Assembly: GCA_044226625.1 (NCBI GenBank)
Contig: JBGAGQ010000005.1
Coordinates: 32,001-96,000 of the forward strand
Length of the DNA: 64,000 nt
Source: Thermoanaerobaculia bacterium
Lineage (GTDB): Bacteria; Acidobacteriota; Thermoanaerobaculia; Multivoradales; UBA5704
Direction of reading: 5' to 3'
Shown: positions 19,265-28,910 of the stretch, one piece after another
How the letters are laid out: every line of letters starts with the position of its first letter
Position numbering within the stretch: position 1 is the first letter of the stretch
Program-made: the position numbers and the translations under genes
The notes under the pieces: generated by a model
The model's database searches: none
Told to the model about the DNA's origin: nothing
What the model saw: the letters and a program-made list of their open reading frames with translations, nothing else

Positions 19265-21067
19265 TCAGGCGGGCAGCCGGACGCGGAACGTCGAGCCCTG
19301 GCCCGGGCGGCTCTGCACTTCGACCTGGCCGCCGTGGGTCTGGGCGACGTGCTTGACGATCGAGAGGCCGAGGCCGGTCCCCCCCTCGTCCCGGGAGCGG
19401 CCTTTGTCCACGCGGTAGAAGCGCTCGAAGAGACGCGGGAGCGCCTCGGCCGGGATGCCGATCCCGGTGTCCTCTACCTCGAAGACGTACCCCGGGGGGC
19501 CGGCGTCGGGGGCGGCGCGGGCGAGACGGAGCCGGACCGACCCGCCGGGGCGGTTGTACTTGATCGCATTAGCGAGCAGGTTGGTGAGCATCCTCTCGAT
19601 CCCCTCGGCGTCGCAGACCAGGGTCCAGGTCCCGTTGGCCGAGGCCGGAGCCGGCTCGAGCGTCAGCTCGACCCGGCGCTCGTCGGCGACGGAGGCGAGC
19701 CCCTCGGTCGCACGGCGGGCGATCGCCAGAAGATCGGCGGGCGCGCGGCCGGTCCGTTCGCCGACGCTTTCGAGTCGGCCGAGCGTGAGCAAGTCGTCGA
19801 GCAGCGCCTGGAGCCGCCGGCAGTGCTCGAGGATGCGGAGGATGAAGCGCGCCGCCGTGTCGGGCTCGGCGAGCGCGCCGTCGCGTAGCGTCTCGGCGAA
19901 ACCCCGGATCGCCGAAAGCGGCGTCTTCAGCTCGTGCGAGACGTTGGCGACGAAATCCCGGCGCATCTCGTCGAGCCGCTTGCCCGCCGTCGTGTCGCGG
20001 GCGACCAGCACCGCCCCGGCCAGGCGGTCTTCGTCGAACAGCGCGTCGCTCCGCACCTCGATCGTCCGGCGCTCCGGCCCGTCGGAATCGAGCTCGAGCT
20101 CCAGGCTCGCGGTGCCACTCCGGTCCGCCCCCTGCAGCGTCGATTCGATCAGCCCCTCCACCTCCGGGCGGCGCAGGACCTCGAGCATCGCCCGCCCTTC
20201 GACGTCGCCGGAGAGGCCGAACAGGCGCTGGAACGCCGGGTTGGTCAACTGGGCGCGGCGGTCGGCGCCGACCACCAGGACCCCTTCCGACATGCTCGCG
20301 AGGATCGCGCGCAGATGGTCGCGCTCCTGCTCGATCATCGCGAGCTGGCGCTCGATCGCGCCGCCGAGGCGGTTGAGCGAGAGGGCGAGGGCCGAGAGCT
20401 CGTCGTCGTCGGGGACCACGACCCGATGGTCGTATCGCCCGTTGGCCAGCTCGCCCGCGCCGGCCGCGAGGAGGGAGAGGGGGCGGAAGAGCCGGCGGTC
20501 GTTCCACCAGCCGAGGCCCAAGCTGATCGCGAGGGCGGCGGCGAGTGCCAGCGCGAGGGCGGCGGCGAGATGGCCCGAGAGGGCCTTGAGCGCGTCGAGA
20601 GGCTGCGCGAGGCGGAGGACGATCAAGCGCCCGCCCCGGCCCGGCAGCGTACGCGCGGCGTAGACGTACGGGTCGCCGGTGGTCGCGCTCCACCGCGTCG
20701 ACCATCCTTCCCCGCGCGCGAGCGCCTCCACCACCTCGGGGCGATTCGCGTGATTCGAGAGGGTGCCCAGGGTCGCGAGGGTGCGGGTGCTCTCGGCGAT
20801 CACCCGGCCGTCCTCCGCGATCACCGTGACCCGCAGGTTCCCGCGCGTCGCCGCCTGCTCGGCCCAACTCTGAAGACCGGCGGGGGGGCGAAGGTCGGCC
20901 GCGGCCGCCTCGGGGCCGATCAATCGCAGGCTTTGGTAGAGGTCGTGCGCGGTGGCCTCTTCGAGCAGCCCGGGGAGCAGCCGCCAAAGCAGGAGGGCCG
21001 CCACGCCGAGGGCGGCCACGGCGGGCAGGAGCGGGGCGATGCGCAGCCGCCGGGCGCGGGGAATCAA
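19265..21067 (-). CDS. phoR: Phosphate regulon sensor histidine kinase PhoR (HAMP-PAS-HisKA-HATPase)
   Basis: NHANRPEV, FVANVSHELKTP H-box, NLLANAIKY, FERFYRVDKGRSR, GGTGLGLSIVKH; TTG start overlapping phoB stop. Confidence 0.92.
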   Translation of the reverse strand: MIPRARRLRIAPLLPAVAALGVAALLLWRLLPGLLEEATAHDLYQSLRLIGPEAAAADLRPPAGLQSWAEQAATRGNLRVTVIAEDGRVIAESTRTLATLGTLSNHANRPEVVEALARGEGWSTRWSATTGDPYVYAARTLPGRGGRLIVLRLAQPLDALKALSGHLAAALALALAAALAISLGLGWWNDRRLFRPLSLLAAGAGELANGRYDHRVVVPDDDELSALALSLNRLGGAIERQLAMIEQERDHLRAILASMSEGVLVVGADRRAQLTNPAFQRLFGLSGDVEGRAMLEVLRRPEVEGLIESTLQGADRSGTASLELELDSDGPERRTIEVRSDALFDEDRLAGAVLVARDTTAGKRLDEMRRDFVANVSHELKTPLSAIRGFAETLRDGALAEPDTAARFILRILEHCRRLQALLDDLLTLGRLESVGERTGRAPADLLAIARRATEGLASVADERRVELTLEPAPASANGTWTLVCDAEGIERMLTNLLANAIKYNRPGGSVRLRLARAAPDAGPPGYVFEVEDTGIGIPAEALPRLFERFYRVDKGRSRDEGGTGLGLSIVKHVAQTHGGQVEVQSRPGQGSTFRVRLPA

Positions 21068-21795
21068 GCGTGCCTCGGTCCGGCGGCGGCTTCCATCTCG
21101 TCCGTGCGTAGGCGGTAGCCGACTCCGATCACCGTTTCGATCCGGTCCGCCTCGTGGCCGAGCTTCCGGCGCAGGCGACGGATGTGGGTGTCGACCGTCC
21201 GGCTGTCGATGTCGTCGGCGTATCCCCAGACGTCGGAGAGCAGCTGGCCGCGGGTCTGGACCCGGCCGCCGCGCTCGATCAACAGGCGCAACAGGCGGAA
21301 CTCGGTGGCGGTCAGGGGAACCTCCTCGCCGGCGACCCAGAGCCGGTGTCCGGCGACGTCGAGCACGATGTCGCCGATCTCCAGGCGCTCGTCGCCCGAC
21401 GCCGGCTCGACCTCCGGGAGGCGGCGGCGCAGTACGGCCTTGACCCGGAGCACCACCTCGCGCGGCGAGAACGGCTTGCTGACGTAGTCGTCCGCCCCGA
21501 GCTCCAGACCGACGATCCGATCGACCTCCTCGCCGCGAGCGGTGATCATGACGATCGGCACCCGCGAGGTGGCCGACTCCCGCTTCAAGGCGCGCATCAC
21601 CTCGAGACCGTCCATGCCGGGAAGCATCAGGTCGAGCAGGATCAGGTCGGGCACGGGGTCGTGCCGGGCGGTCTCGAGACCGGCCTCGCCGCGCCCGGCG
21701 ATCTCCACCCGGAACCCCTCTTTTTCGAGGTTGTAGCGGAGGACCTCGGCGATGTCCGGCTCGTCCTCGACGATCAGAATTCGTTCTCTGATCAC
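21064..21795 (-). CDS. phoB: Response regulator PhoB/PhoP (OmpR family)
   Basis: ILIVEDE, LLDLMLPGMDG, GADDYVSKPFSPRE, RTVDTHIRRLRRKL; start approximate (GTG). Confidence 0.9.
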   Translation of the reverse strand: MIRERILIVEDEPDIAEVLRYNLEKEGFRVEIAGRGEAGLETARHDPVPDLILLDLMLPGMDGLEVMRALKRESATSRVPIVMITARGEEVDRIVGLELGADDYVSKPFSPREVVLRVKAVLRRRLPEVEPASGDERLEIGDIVLDVAGHRLWVAGEEVPLTATEFRLLRLLIERGGRVQTRGQLLSDVWGYADDIDSRTVDTHIRRLRRKLGHEADRIETVIGVGYRLRTDEMEAAAGPRHA

Positions 21796-21973
21796 GGTTT
21801 GCGAGCCTAGCACGCGAGAATCCGCAGAACCTGTGGAAAAAGCTGAGGAAAAGGCCCGTAAGCCGTTTGTTTTCAATCATGTCGATTTCTCCGCCGGGAG
21901 CCGGCCGAAGCGTCCGTCCCCTTTGCGCACGGCAGATTTCCACAGAATCGAGCGGCCGGCCGGTGAAGACCGT

Positions 21974-21991
21974 GTTAACTCTTTGTGACAG
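21974..21991 (-). promoter_or_regulatory. Putative Pho box upstream of phoB-phoR
   Basis: Minus strand CTGTCAC-AAAG-AGTTAAC, 11-bp spacing, same first half-site as the phoU site. Confidence 0.45.
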
Positions 21992-22093
21992 CGCGGTTTA
22001 CATCGTCGGTCCGGGCATTCTGTCCGGGGGCCGATCGGTCCGGGCGAGGAGGATTGGGGCGGACCGATGCCGCGCCCGGAGCTCCCTCGCGCC

Positions 22094-23713
22094 TCAGGAG
22101 AGGGCGGACTCGAGCCCTTGCCGGGCGGAAAGACGCCGGTCGAACACCTTCTCGAACAGCCGGCCGTGCGCGAGCGCCGCTTCGAGCTCGAGGTCGACCG
22201 CGTACGGAGAAATCACCTCGAGCTTCACCCGCTTCGGACGGATCGAGCAGAAGATCTGCTCGACGCGCGAGGCGTGGGTCCGGTCGAGCGCGTCGGCCAC
22301 TCGGAGGAGCGCGGCGAGGGTACGGATGGTCTTCTGTTGCCAGGGCTTCGCGCCCGCGAGCGCCGGGTGGCCCGGTTTCGGGGCTGACCCGCGATGGAAG
22401 CGCGCGACCAGCGCGACGATTTCGACCTCGCTGGGATCGAACGCGTCGAGCGCGGCGTTGCGGATCAGATAAAAGCTGTGCTCGTGATGCTTCTGGTAAT
22501 GGATCGAGTAGCCGATGTCGTGCAGCAGTGCGGCGTATTCGAGCCACTCGCGCTCGCGCCGTCCGAGGCCGTGGAGCGAGGTCGTCAGATCGAACAGCCG
22601 GACGGCGAGCCGGGCGGTCTGGAGGCTGTGGGGCAGAACGCTCTCGGTGCGCTCGGCGAGGCGAAGCACCTGGCGGCGGCGCAGGTCGTCCGGATCGGCG
22701 CCGCGCGGGATCGGCTGTCCGAGCGCGGCGAGCACCAGACCTTCGCGCAGCGCGCGGTCCGAGACCAGAAAGCGCCCGACGCCGGCATGGCGGGCGAGCT
22801 CCTCGAGCAGGATCGCCCCGGCGAGCAGCGATTCGGCGCGTGGCGGCCCGACCGAGGGGAGGGCGGCGATCTCGGCGCGCGACATCCGGGAGAGGCGCTG
22901 GAAGAGGCCCGAGAGGTCGCGGAGCTTGCACGCGCGCAGCCCCGATTTCGGCGCGCGGGCGGCGACGACCGGCGGCGCGGTCCGGGGCGGGGCCGCGAAG
23001 TGGGCGATCAGATCGGCGCAGCAGACTGCGGTTCCGGACGTCGCCACCAGGAGGCCGACCTTCCGCTTCGGAATTTCCCCGATCTCCTCGGCGAGGCGGG
23101 CTCGGATCGCGCGGCGCAGGCGCTCGATCGATCGCGGTCCCGGCGGATCGGCCGCTTTCTCCCCGATCACGGGGCCGGAGATCATCGCGGAGCAGCGGAG
23201 CGAGCCGAGCGCGAGGCTCGCGACCGACTCGAGCTCCCCGTCGCGCGCGGTCACCCATTCGGTGCTGCCGCCGCCGACGTCGACGATGACCGCGCTGCCG
23301 CCGCCGCTTCCGCCGCTGCCGAGATCGACCACCTCGCGGACCGCGCGGTAGATCAGCGCGCCCTCGTCCTCGCCCGACAGGCGCTGAACCTCGATGCCGG
23401 TCTGGGCGCGCACGCGGCCGAGAAACTCTTCGCCGTTTCTCGCCTCGCGAACCGCGCTTGTCGCCACCGCGACGATCCGCCCCGCACCGCGCAACGAGGC
23501 GAGGGTGATCATCTTGACCAAGGCGAGCAGGCCGTCTTCCATCGCTTGCTCCGACAGCTCGCCGCCGGACCCCGAGAGGCCGAACGCCGAGCGGCCGAGG
23601 CGCACCATCTCGCGCTCGCGGCCGAGCACCCGGTAGGAACCGTTCGCCTCCGGGGCAACCACGATCATGTGGATCGAGTTCGAGCCGACGTCGATCGCCG
23701 CGAGCGCGGGCAT
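22094..23713 (-). CDS. ppx: Exopolyphosphatase Ppx/GppA with HD-like C-terminal domain
   Basis: AAIDVGSNSIH, ATSAVREA, DVGGGSTE, ALREG, AALLHDIG, LRVADALD; next to pho genes. Confidence 0.92.
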   Translation of the reverse strand: MPALAAIDVGSNSIHMIVVAPEANGSYRVLGREREMVRLGRSAFGLSGSGGELSEQAMEDGLLALVKMITLASLRGAGRIVAVATSAVREARNGEEFLGRVRAQTGIEVQRLSGEDEGALIYRAVREVVDLGSGGSGGGSAVIVDVGGGSTEWVTARDGELESVASLALGSLRCSAMISGPVIGEKAADPPGPRSIERLRRAIRARLAEEIGEIPKRKVGLLVATSGTAVCCADLIAHFAAPPRTAPPVVAARAPKSGLRACKLRDLSGLFQRLSRMSRAEIAALPSVGPPRAESLLAGAILLEELARHAGVGRFLVSDRALREGLVLAALGQPIPRGADPDDLRRRQVLRLAERTESVLPHSLQTARLAVRLFDLTTSLHGLGRREREWLEYAALLHDIGYSIHYQKHHEHSFYLIRNAALDAFDPSEVEIVALVARFHRGSAPKPGHPALAGAKPWQQKTIRTLAALLRVADALDRTHASRVEQIFCSIRPKRVKLEVISPYAVDLELEAALAHGRLFEKVFDRRLSARQGLESALS

Positions 23714-23949
23714 CGCGGAGGGATCGCCGTCGCGTTCTCGAGCTCCCAAGCCGGCCGTCGGATGGCCGAGACGCTGGACCGCGAGTTGGACCGCGAAGGA
23801 CATACCTCCCATGCTAGTCCCGAATCGCTCGAGGCGGACATCGAGCACGAGATCCGCGAGAATCTCGTAACCCTCTCCAACCTTCGCCTTGCCTCGACGT
23901 ACGTCCAGGCAGCGAAACCCGAGAGCGGACGAACCCGAGGGACGAACGA

Positions 23950-24927
23950 GTGAGCATCGAAGAGCGAGGGCGAACGGCGGACGACGACGGAACGGGCGAA
24001 CCAGGGCCGCGGTTGCGATTTGCGCCCTTTACCTACGACGTCGCCACGGGGGAGCTGGTGGGCGATGAGGGTGGGGTCGTTCGCCTGGAGCCCCAGCCGG
24101 CGAAGGTCCTCGCCCTCCTCGCCGGCCGGGCGGGGCAGTTGGTGACCCGAGAGGAGCTCCAGCGCGAGGTCTGGCCCGACGGCACGTTCGTCGACTTCAA
24201 ACGGGGTCTGAACTACTGCGTGGCGAAGATCCGCGCCGCGCTCGGCGACGACGCGGCGCGGCCGCGCTTCATCGAGACGCTGCCGCGCCGGGGCTACCGG
24301 TTCGTGGCCGCGGTCGGTTCGGCGCGGGGAGCGCGCCCGGAACCATCCGGCCACGATCCGGACGAAATCCCGGCAGCCGACCCTGCCGAGCCGCTCGCGG
24401 TTCCCGCTTCGTCGCTGCCGTCGACGCGGCCCGCGACGCTGCCGCCGGGGGTAATTCTGGCGCTAGGGGTGGCGATCGCCACGGCGTTCGGCGTGATCGC
24501 TTGGCTTGCGCGCCATTCGGCGCCGGACAAGCCGACGATCGCCGTCGCGCGGTTCGATAACGAGACCCGGAGCGGTGAGCTCGAACCGCGGGCGCAGTCG
24601 GCCACCGATTCGATCGTGGTAGGGCTCAGCCAGCCGCCGGCGGCGTGGGAGGTGATCGGCAACGCGGCGATTCTCCGGACTTCGCGATCGTTTCGCGATC
24701 TCGCCGCGATCCGGAGCGCGCTCGACGCCGACGCGATCGTCCTGGGCCAGATTCAGGGGATCGACGGCCGTTATCGCGTCGTGGTGCATCTGATCCGGGC
24801 GCGCGACGAAAAGCACCTCTGGGCGGATCTGTTTCCGGTCGGAGAGGGTGGATGGGTGGGAGCCGAACAGAAAGCGGTTGCCGCGGTGCGCGCCGCGGTC
24901 GAGACCCACCACGGCGATTTTCGTTGA
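23950..24927 (+). CDS. CadC/ToxR-like winged-helix regulator with TM segment and TolB-N-like domain
   Basis: LVTREELQREVW, IRAALGDDAARPRFIETLPRRGYRF; TM helix; IAVARFDN...HLWA. Confidence 0.82.
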   Translation: MSIEERGRTADDDGTGEPGPRLRFAPFTYDVATGELVGDEGGVVRLEPQPAKVLALLAGRAGQLVTREELQREVWPDGTFVDFKRGLNYCVAKIRAALGDDAARPRFIETLPRRGYRFVAAVGSARGARPEPSGHDPDEIPAADPAEPLAVPASSLPSTRPATLPPGVILALGVAIATAFGVIAWLARHSAPDKPTIAVARFDNETRSGELEPRAQSATDSIVVGLSQPPAAWEVIGNAAILRTSRSFRDLAAIRSALDADAIVLGQIQGIDGRYRVVVHLIRARDEKHLWADLFPVGEGGWVGAEQKAVAAVRAAVETHHGDFR

Positions 24928-24935
24928 AGAGCGGT

Positions 24936-24962
24936 GGGTGAGGAGCGGGTTCCTCACCCTTT
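24936..24962 (+). terminator. Hairpin/terminator after regulator gene
   Basis: GGGTGAGGAG-CGGG-TTCCTCACCC then TTT. Confidence 0.45.
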
Positions 24963-25043
24963 CCTCACCGCGGATCGATCGATCGGCGGGGACTTTTCCG
25001 CCAATCTCCGCCTCCGAACGGACCGCTCGCCGGAGGAAACCGC

Positions 25044-25895
25044 ATGGCCCTCACACGCCGCACCTTGCTCGCCGCCGGATCGACCCTCTGCCTCGCCCGA
25101 ACTGCATTCCCCGATCCAGGCACCACGCCCCCGGAATCGCCTTCGCCGGTTTCCCCGGCCGTATCACCCCGTCCGGCGCCCCTTCCCGAGTCGTTCCCCG
25201 CTGAGCCGCCCGATCTGGTCGCGGAGACGGTCCGGGTGTCGCATTTCGATCTCGCCCGGGTCCGCGAGCTGGTCGAAGCGCGCCCCGCGCTCGCCCGGGC
25301 GACGTGGGATTGGGGATACGGCGATTTCGAGAGCGCGCTCGGCGCCGCGTCGCACGTCGGCAACCGCGAGATCGCGGAGTATTTGATCTCCCGGGGTGCC
25401 CGCCCCGATCTCTTCTCGGCGACCATGCTCGGCCAGCTCGACGTGGTGAAGGTCTGGGTGGCCACATCGCCCGGAGTGCAACGGATCGCGGGTCCGCACG
25501 GCATCACCCTCCTCTCGCACGCGCGCGCCGGCGGGGAGCGGGCGCTCCCCGTGCTCCGCTACCTCGAATCGCTCGGCGACGCCGACGCGAAGCCCGCCGC
25601 CGCTCCGCTCGCCGACGCCGATCGCGACGCGCTGCTCGGCACCTACCGCTTCGGGACGGGCCCGCGCGATCTCCTGGCGGTCGAGATGATCTCCGTGGGA
25701 AGCGGTGGCCAGAGCGTCGCGGTCCGGCGGGCGGACGGCGGACCCCGCGTGCTGCTCCATCGGGGGGAGCGCGCGTTCTCGCCCGCGGGAGCCGAGGCGG
25801 TGCGCCTGCGCTTCTCGGCCGAGAGCCCTGCCCTCACTCTCACCGTTTGGGACCCCGACCCGATCGTGACCGCCCGCCGGTCGGCGGCGAGGTAG
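25044..25895 (+). CDS. Tat-exported ankyrin-like hypothetical protein
   Basis: TRRTLL twin-Arg motif; WDWGYGDFESALGAASHVGNREIAEYLISRGA ankyrin-like segment. Confidence 0.65.
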   Translation: MALTRRTLLAAGSTLCLARTAFPDPGTTPPESPSPVSPAVSPRPAPLPESFPAEPPDLVAETVRVSHFDLARVRELVEARPALARATWDWGYGDFESALGAASHVGNREIAEYLISRGARPDLFSATMLGQLDVVKVWVATSPGVQRIAGPHGITLLSHARAGGERALPVLRYLESLGDADAKPAAAPLADADRDALLGTYRFGTGPRDLLAVEMISVGSGGQSVAVRRADGGPRVLLHRGERAFSPAGAEAVRLRFSAESPALTLTVWDPDPIVTARRSAAR

Positions 25896-25946
25896 CGCGC
25901 CGGGCGGAAACGGGATCGGGTCCGCTCGGCTACACTACCGGCCGCC

Positions 25947-26690
25947 ATGGCCGACCCGACCCCTTCCGCCCCGCCGATCACGCTCCCTCCGGCCGCGTTG
26001 GACAAATCGGGGCGCGCCGTCCAGGAGATGTTCGCCGGGGTGGCGCCGCGCTACGACCTCTTGAACCACCTGCTCTCCGGCGCGCTCGATCTGGTCTGGC
26101 GTTGGCGCTCGGCCCGGGCGCTCGCCGACGTGGCGGGCGCCCCGGTCCTCGACCTCTGTTGCGGCACGGGGGACCAGGCGCTCGCGGTCGCGAAGCGAGG
26201 AGCCAAGGTCGCCGCGGGCGATTTCTGCGTGCCGATGCTCGCGTTAGCGAAGAAGAAGAAGGCGCCGGCGCGCGCCCTGCCACCGGCCTGGCTGGCGGCC
26301 GACGCGCTCTCGCTGCCGTTTCCCGACGGTCATTTCGCCGCGGCGACCGTCTCGTTCGGCCTGCGCAACGTCGCCGATCTCGACCGGGCGCTCCGCGAGC
26401 TGCGCCGTGTCCTCCGTCCGGGCGGCGTCCTCTCGGTGCTCGAGTTCGCGCTGCCGGAAAACCGCCTGGTCAAGGGGCTCTACCTGTTCTACTTCCTGAA
26501 CGTCCTGCCGGCGATCGGCAAGCTCGTCTCGCCGCGCGGCTCGGCCTACAACTATCTGCCCAACTCGGTCCTTCCCTTCCCTCAGCGGCGCGAGTTCACC
26601 GATCGGATGAACGCCGCCGGCTTCGACGAATCCGAGTGGAAGAACCTGTCGTTCGGCACCGTCTGTCTCTATACCGGGAGGGTTCGATGA
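25947..26690 (+). CDS. menG: Demethylmenaquinone/ubiquinone methyltransferase MenG/UbiE
   Basis: MFAGVAPRYDLLN, LDLCCGTGD, SFGLRNV, RVLRPGG, YNYLPNSV. Confidence 0.9.
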   Translation: MADPTPSAPPITLPPAALDKSGRAVQEMFAGVAPRYDLLNHLLSGALDLVWRWRSARALADVAGAPVLDLCCGTGDQALAVAKRGAKVAAGDFCVPMLALAKKKKAPARALPPAWLAADALSLPFPDGHFAAATVSFGLRNVADLDRALRELRRVLRPGGVLSVLEFALPENRLVKGLYLFYFLNVLPAIGKLVSPRGSAYNYLPNSVLPFPQRREFTDRMNAAGFDESEWKNLSFGTVCLYTGRVR

Positions 26691-27634
26691 GCGCAGGAGT
26701 TTCGGCAAAGATCTTGGACGGCCGCGCGCTCGCGGCGAAGATCCGCGACGAGGTCGCCGTCGGCGTGGCCGAGCTGGTGGCAAAGGGCGGCCGGCCGCCG
26801 GGGCTCGCGGTGATCCTCGCGGGCGAGGATCCTGCGTCCCAAGTCTACGTCGGCAGCAAAGTCAAGGCGTGCGCCGAGGTCGGCATGGTAGGCAAGAAGA
26901 TCACGCTCCCCGCGAAACTGTCCGCCGACGAGCTGCACGCCGCTATCGGCCAGCTCAACGACGACCCGGCGATCGACGGTTTCCTGGTCCAGCTGCCGCT
27001 GCCGAACGGTCTGTCGGAACGCGACGCCCTGCTCGCGATCGATCCCGACAAGGACGTCGACGGCTTCCATCCGACGAACGTCGGCCGCCTCTGGGTCGAC
27101 GAGCCGGGGTTCACCCCGGCGACCCCTACCGGCATCATCCGGATGCTGCGCGAGCACTACCAGGAGGAGGGGGGATCGCTCCAGGGCAAAGAGGTGGTGA
27201 TCGTCGGCCGTAGCGCGATCGTCGGCAAGCCGATGGCCGGCCTCCTGCTGCGCGAGAACTGCACGGTGACGATCGCCCATTCGAAGACCCGCGACCTGCC
27301 GGCGGTCTGCCGCCGCGCCGACGTGGTGATCGCCGCGGTCGGCCGCCCGGGGTTGATCGGGGTCGACCACGTGCGGGAGGGGGCGGTGGTGGTCGACGTC
27401 GGGATCAACCGGGTGAGCGACCCCGAAATCGTCGGCCGCTTGTTCCCCGGTGACGCGAAGAAAGCCTCGCAGCTCGCCGAGAAGGGATCGATCCTCACGG
27501 GCGACGTCGATTTCGTCGCGCTGCTCGAGAAAGCCGGGGCGGTCTCGCCGGTGCCCGGTGGCGTCGGCCCGCTCACCGTGGCCATGCTCGTCGCGAGCAC
27601 GCTCGCCTCCTCACGGAGGCGGCAGGGGCTCTAA
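26687..27634 (+). CDS. folD: Bifunctional methylenetetrahydrofolate dehydrogenase/cyclohydrolase
   Basis: YVGSK, VQLPLP, KDVDGFHP, GRSAIVGKP, PVPGGVGPLT; ATG overlaps menG stop. Confidence 0.95.
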   Translation: MSAGVSAKILDGRALAAKIRDEVAVGVAELVAKGGRPPGLAVILAGEDPASQVYVGSKVKACAEVGMVGKKITLPAKLSADELHAAIGQLNDDPAIDGFLVQLPLPNGLSERDALLAIDPDKDVDGFHPTNVGRLWVDEPGFTPATPTGIIRMLREHYQEEGGSLQGKEVVIVGRSAIVGKPMAGLLLRENCTVTIAHSKTRDLPAVCRRADVVIAAVGRPGLIGVDHVREGAVVVDVGINRVSDPEIVGRLFPGDAKKASQLAEKGSILTGDVDFVALLEKAGAVSPVPGGVGPLTVAMLVASTLASSRRRQGL

Positions 27635-27653
27635 GCCCTTCCGCTCCCGAGAG

Positions 27654-28277
27654 ATGCCGGACTCGAAGGGCGCGCTCGCGGTCGGCCTCACCGGAGGACT
27701 GGCGGGCGGCAAGTCGACCGTGGCGCGCCTCCTCGCCGAGGGAGGATGCACGGTTCTCGACGCCGATCGGGTGGTCGCCTCGCTCTACCGCCCGGGCGAA
27801 CCGGGGGCGCTCGCGGTGCGCGACCTGTTCGGGTCGGAGATGCTCGCCGCGGACGGCGCGGTCGACCATCGCGCGCTCGGCGCGAAGGTCTTCGCCGATC
27901 CGACGGCGAGAAAAGCGCTCGAAGCCGCGATCCATCCGCTCGTCCGCGATCGCTTCGTGAAGATCGCGGGAGCTCTCCCCCTTGGTGCGATCGGCGTGCT
28001 CGAAGCGACGCTCCTCGTCGAGGCAGGCTACGGTCCGAGCTTCGACCGGATCGTGACCGTCGAGGCACCCCAAGAGATCCGCCTCGCTCGCGCCATCGCC
28101 CGCGGCCTCCCCGAGCAAGACGCCCGCGCCCGCCTCGCGGCGCAAGGCGACGGCCTCACCCGACGCCAAGGTGCCCACCGCGAGTTAGACAACTCGGGCG
28201 ATCTCGACCGGCTCGAGCGGGAGGTAAAGGTGCTGGTCGCCGATCTGAAAGCGCTCGCGCGGGGAGCGCAACGGTGA
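27654..28277 (+). CDS. coaE: Dephospho-CoA kinase
   Basis: VGLTGGLAGGKSTV, VLDAD, LEAAIHPLV. Confidence 0.92.
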   Translation: MPDSKGALAVGLTGGLAGGKSTVARLLAEGGCTVLDADRVVASLYRPGEPGALAVRDLFGSEMLAADGAVDHRALGAKVFADPTARKALEAAIHPLVRDRFVKIAGALPLGAIGVLEATLLVEAGYGPSFDRIVTVEAPQEIRLARAIARGLPEQDARARLAAQGDGLTRRQGAHRELDNSGDLDRLEREVKVLVADLKALARGAQR

Positions 28278-28837
28278 CGAGACCCCTTCACCTCCCGGCG
28301 TTCGTCTTGGTCACCGGCAACCCGGGCAAGCTCGCCGAGGCGCGGCGGCTGGCCGGTGTCGAGTTCGAATCGGTCGCGGTCGACTTGCCCGAGATCCAGT
28401 CCCTCTCGTACGAAGAGATCGTGCGAGAGAAGGCGGCGGAGGCGTGGCGTCTGCTCGGCCGGCCGCTCGTGGTCGAGGAGGCGGGTCTCGGCCTGCCGGT
28501 CCTCGGCGGCTTTCCCGGGCCGCTGGTTCGATGGATGCTCGAAGCGGCGGGAGCCGAAGGTCTCGCGCGCACCGGCCTCGCGCTCGGCGATCCGCGTGCC
28601 ACCGCCACCTGCCTGCTGCTCTACAAAGACGCCGATCGCGAGATCCTGGCGGAAGGCGTGACGGACGGCACGTTGATCCACCCCGGACGCGGCACGAACG
28701 GTTTCGGCTTCGACCCCGTGTTCCGGCCGGATGGAGCGGGCCTCACCTACGGCGAGCTCGAAGGAGCCGAGAAGGACGCAACCAGCCATCGCGGGAAAGC
28801 CTGGCGCGAGCTGCTGCGGCGTCTGAAGGGGAGCTAA
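28274..28837 (+). CDS. rdgB: Non-canonical purine NTP pyrophosphatase (Ham1/RdgB)
   Basis: VTGNPGK, LPEIQ, GFPGP, GFGFDPVF, SHRGKA; GTG overlaps coaE stop. Confidence 0.9.
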   Translation: MTRPLHLPAFVLVTGNPGKLAEARRLAGVEFESVAVDLPEIQSLSYEEIVREKAAEAWRLLGRPLVVEEAGLGLPVLGGFPGPLVRWMLEAAGAEGLARTGLALGDPRATATCLLLYKDADREILAEGVTDGTLIHPGRGTNGFGFDPVFRPDGAGLTYGELEGAEKDATSHRGKAWRELLRRLKGS

Positions 28838-28866
28838 TCCCGGCGGATCCATCGAAACGTGCGATC

Positions 28867-28895
28867 CCGTGAGGGGCCGGCAGCACCCCTCACGG
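28867..28895. terminator. Hairpin between convergent genes
   Basis: CCGTGAGGGG / CCCCTCACGG 10-bp stem. Confidence 0.5.
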
Positions 28896-28910
28896 TGGTG
28901 ATTGCGAGGC

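Noticed and set aside
19265-21943. 892-aa ORF as a giant kinase
   Set aside because: N-terminal ~290 aa is an off-frame shadow of phoB; real PhoR starts near 21067
21975-23953. Several long overlapping ORFs on both strands over ppx
   Set aside because: Stop-codon scarcity at high GC; no motifs
25304-27634. 776-aa FolD fusion
   Set aside because: Upstream part overlaps the ankyrin-like gene and menG in other frames and is Arg/Pro-rich noise; folD starts at 26687
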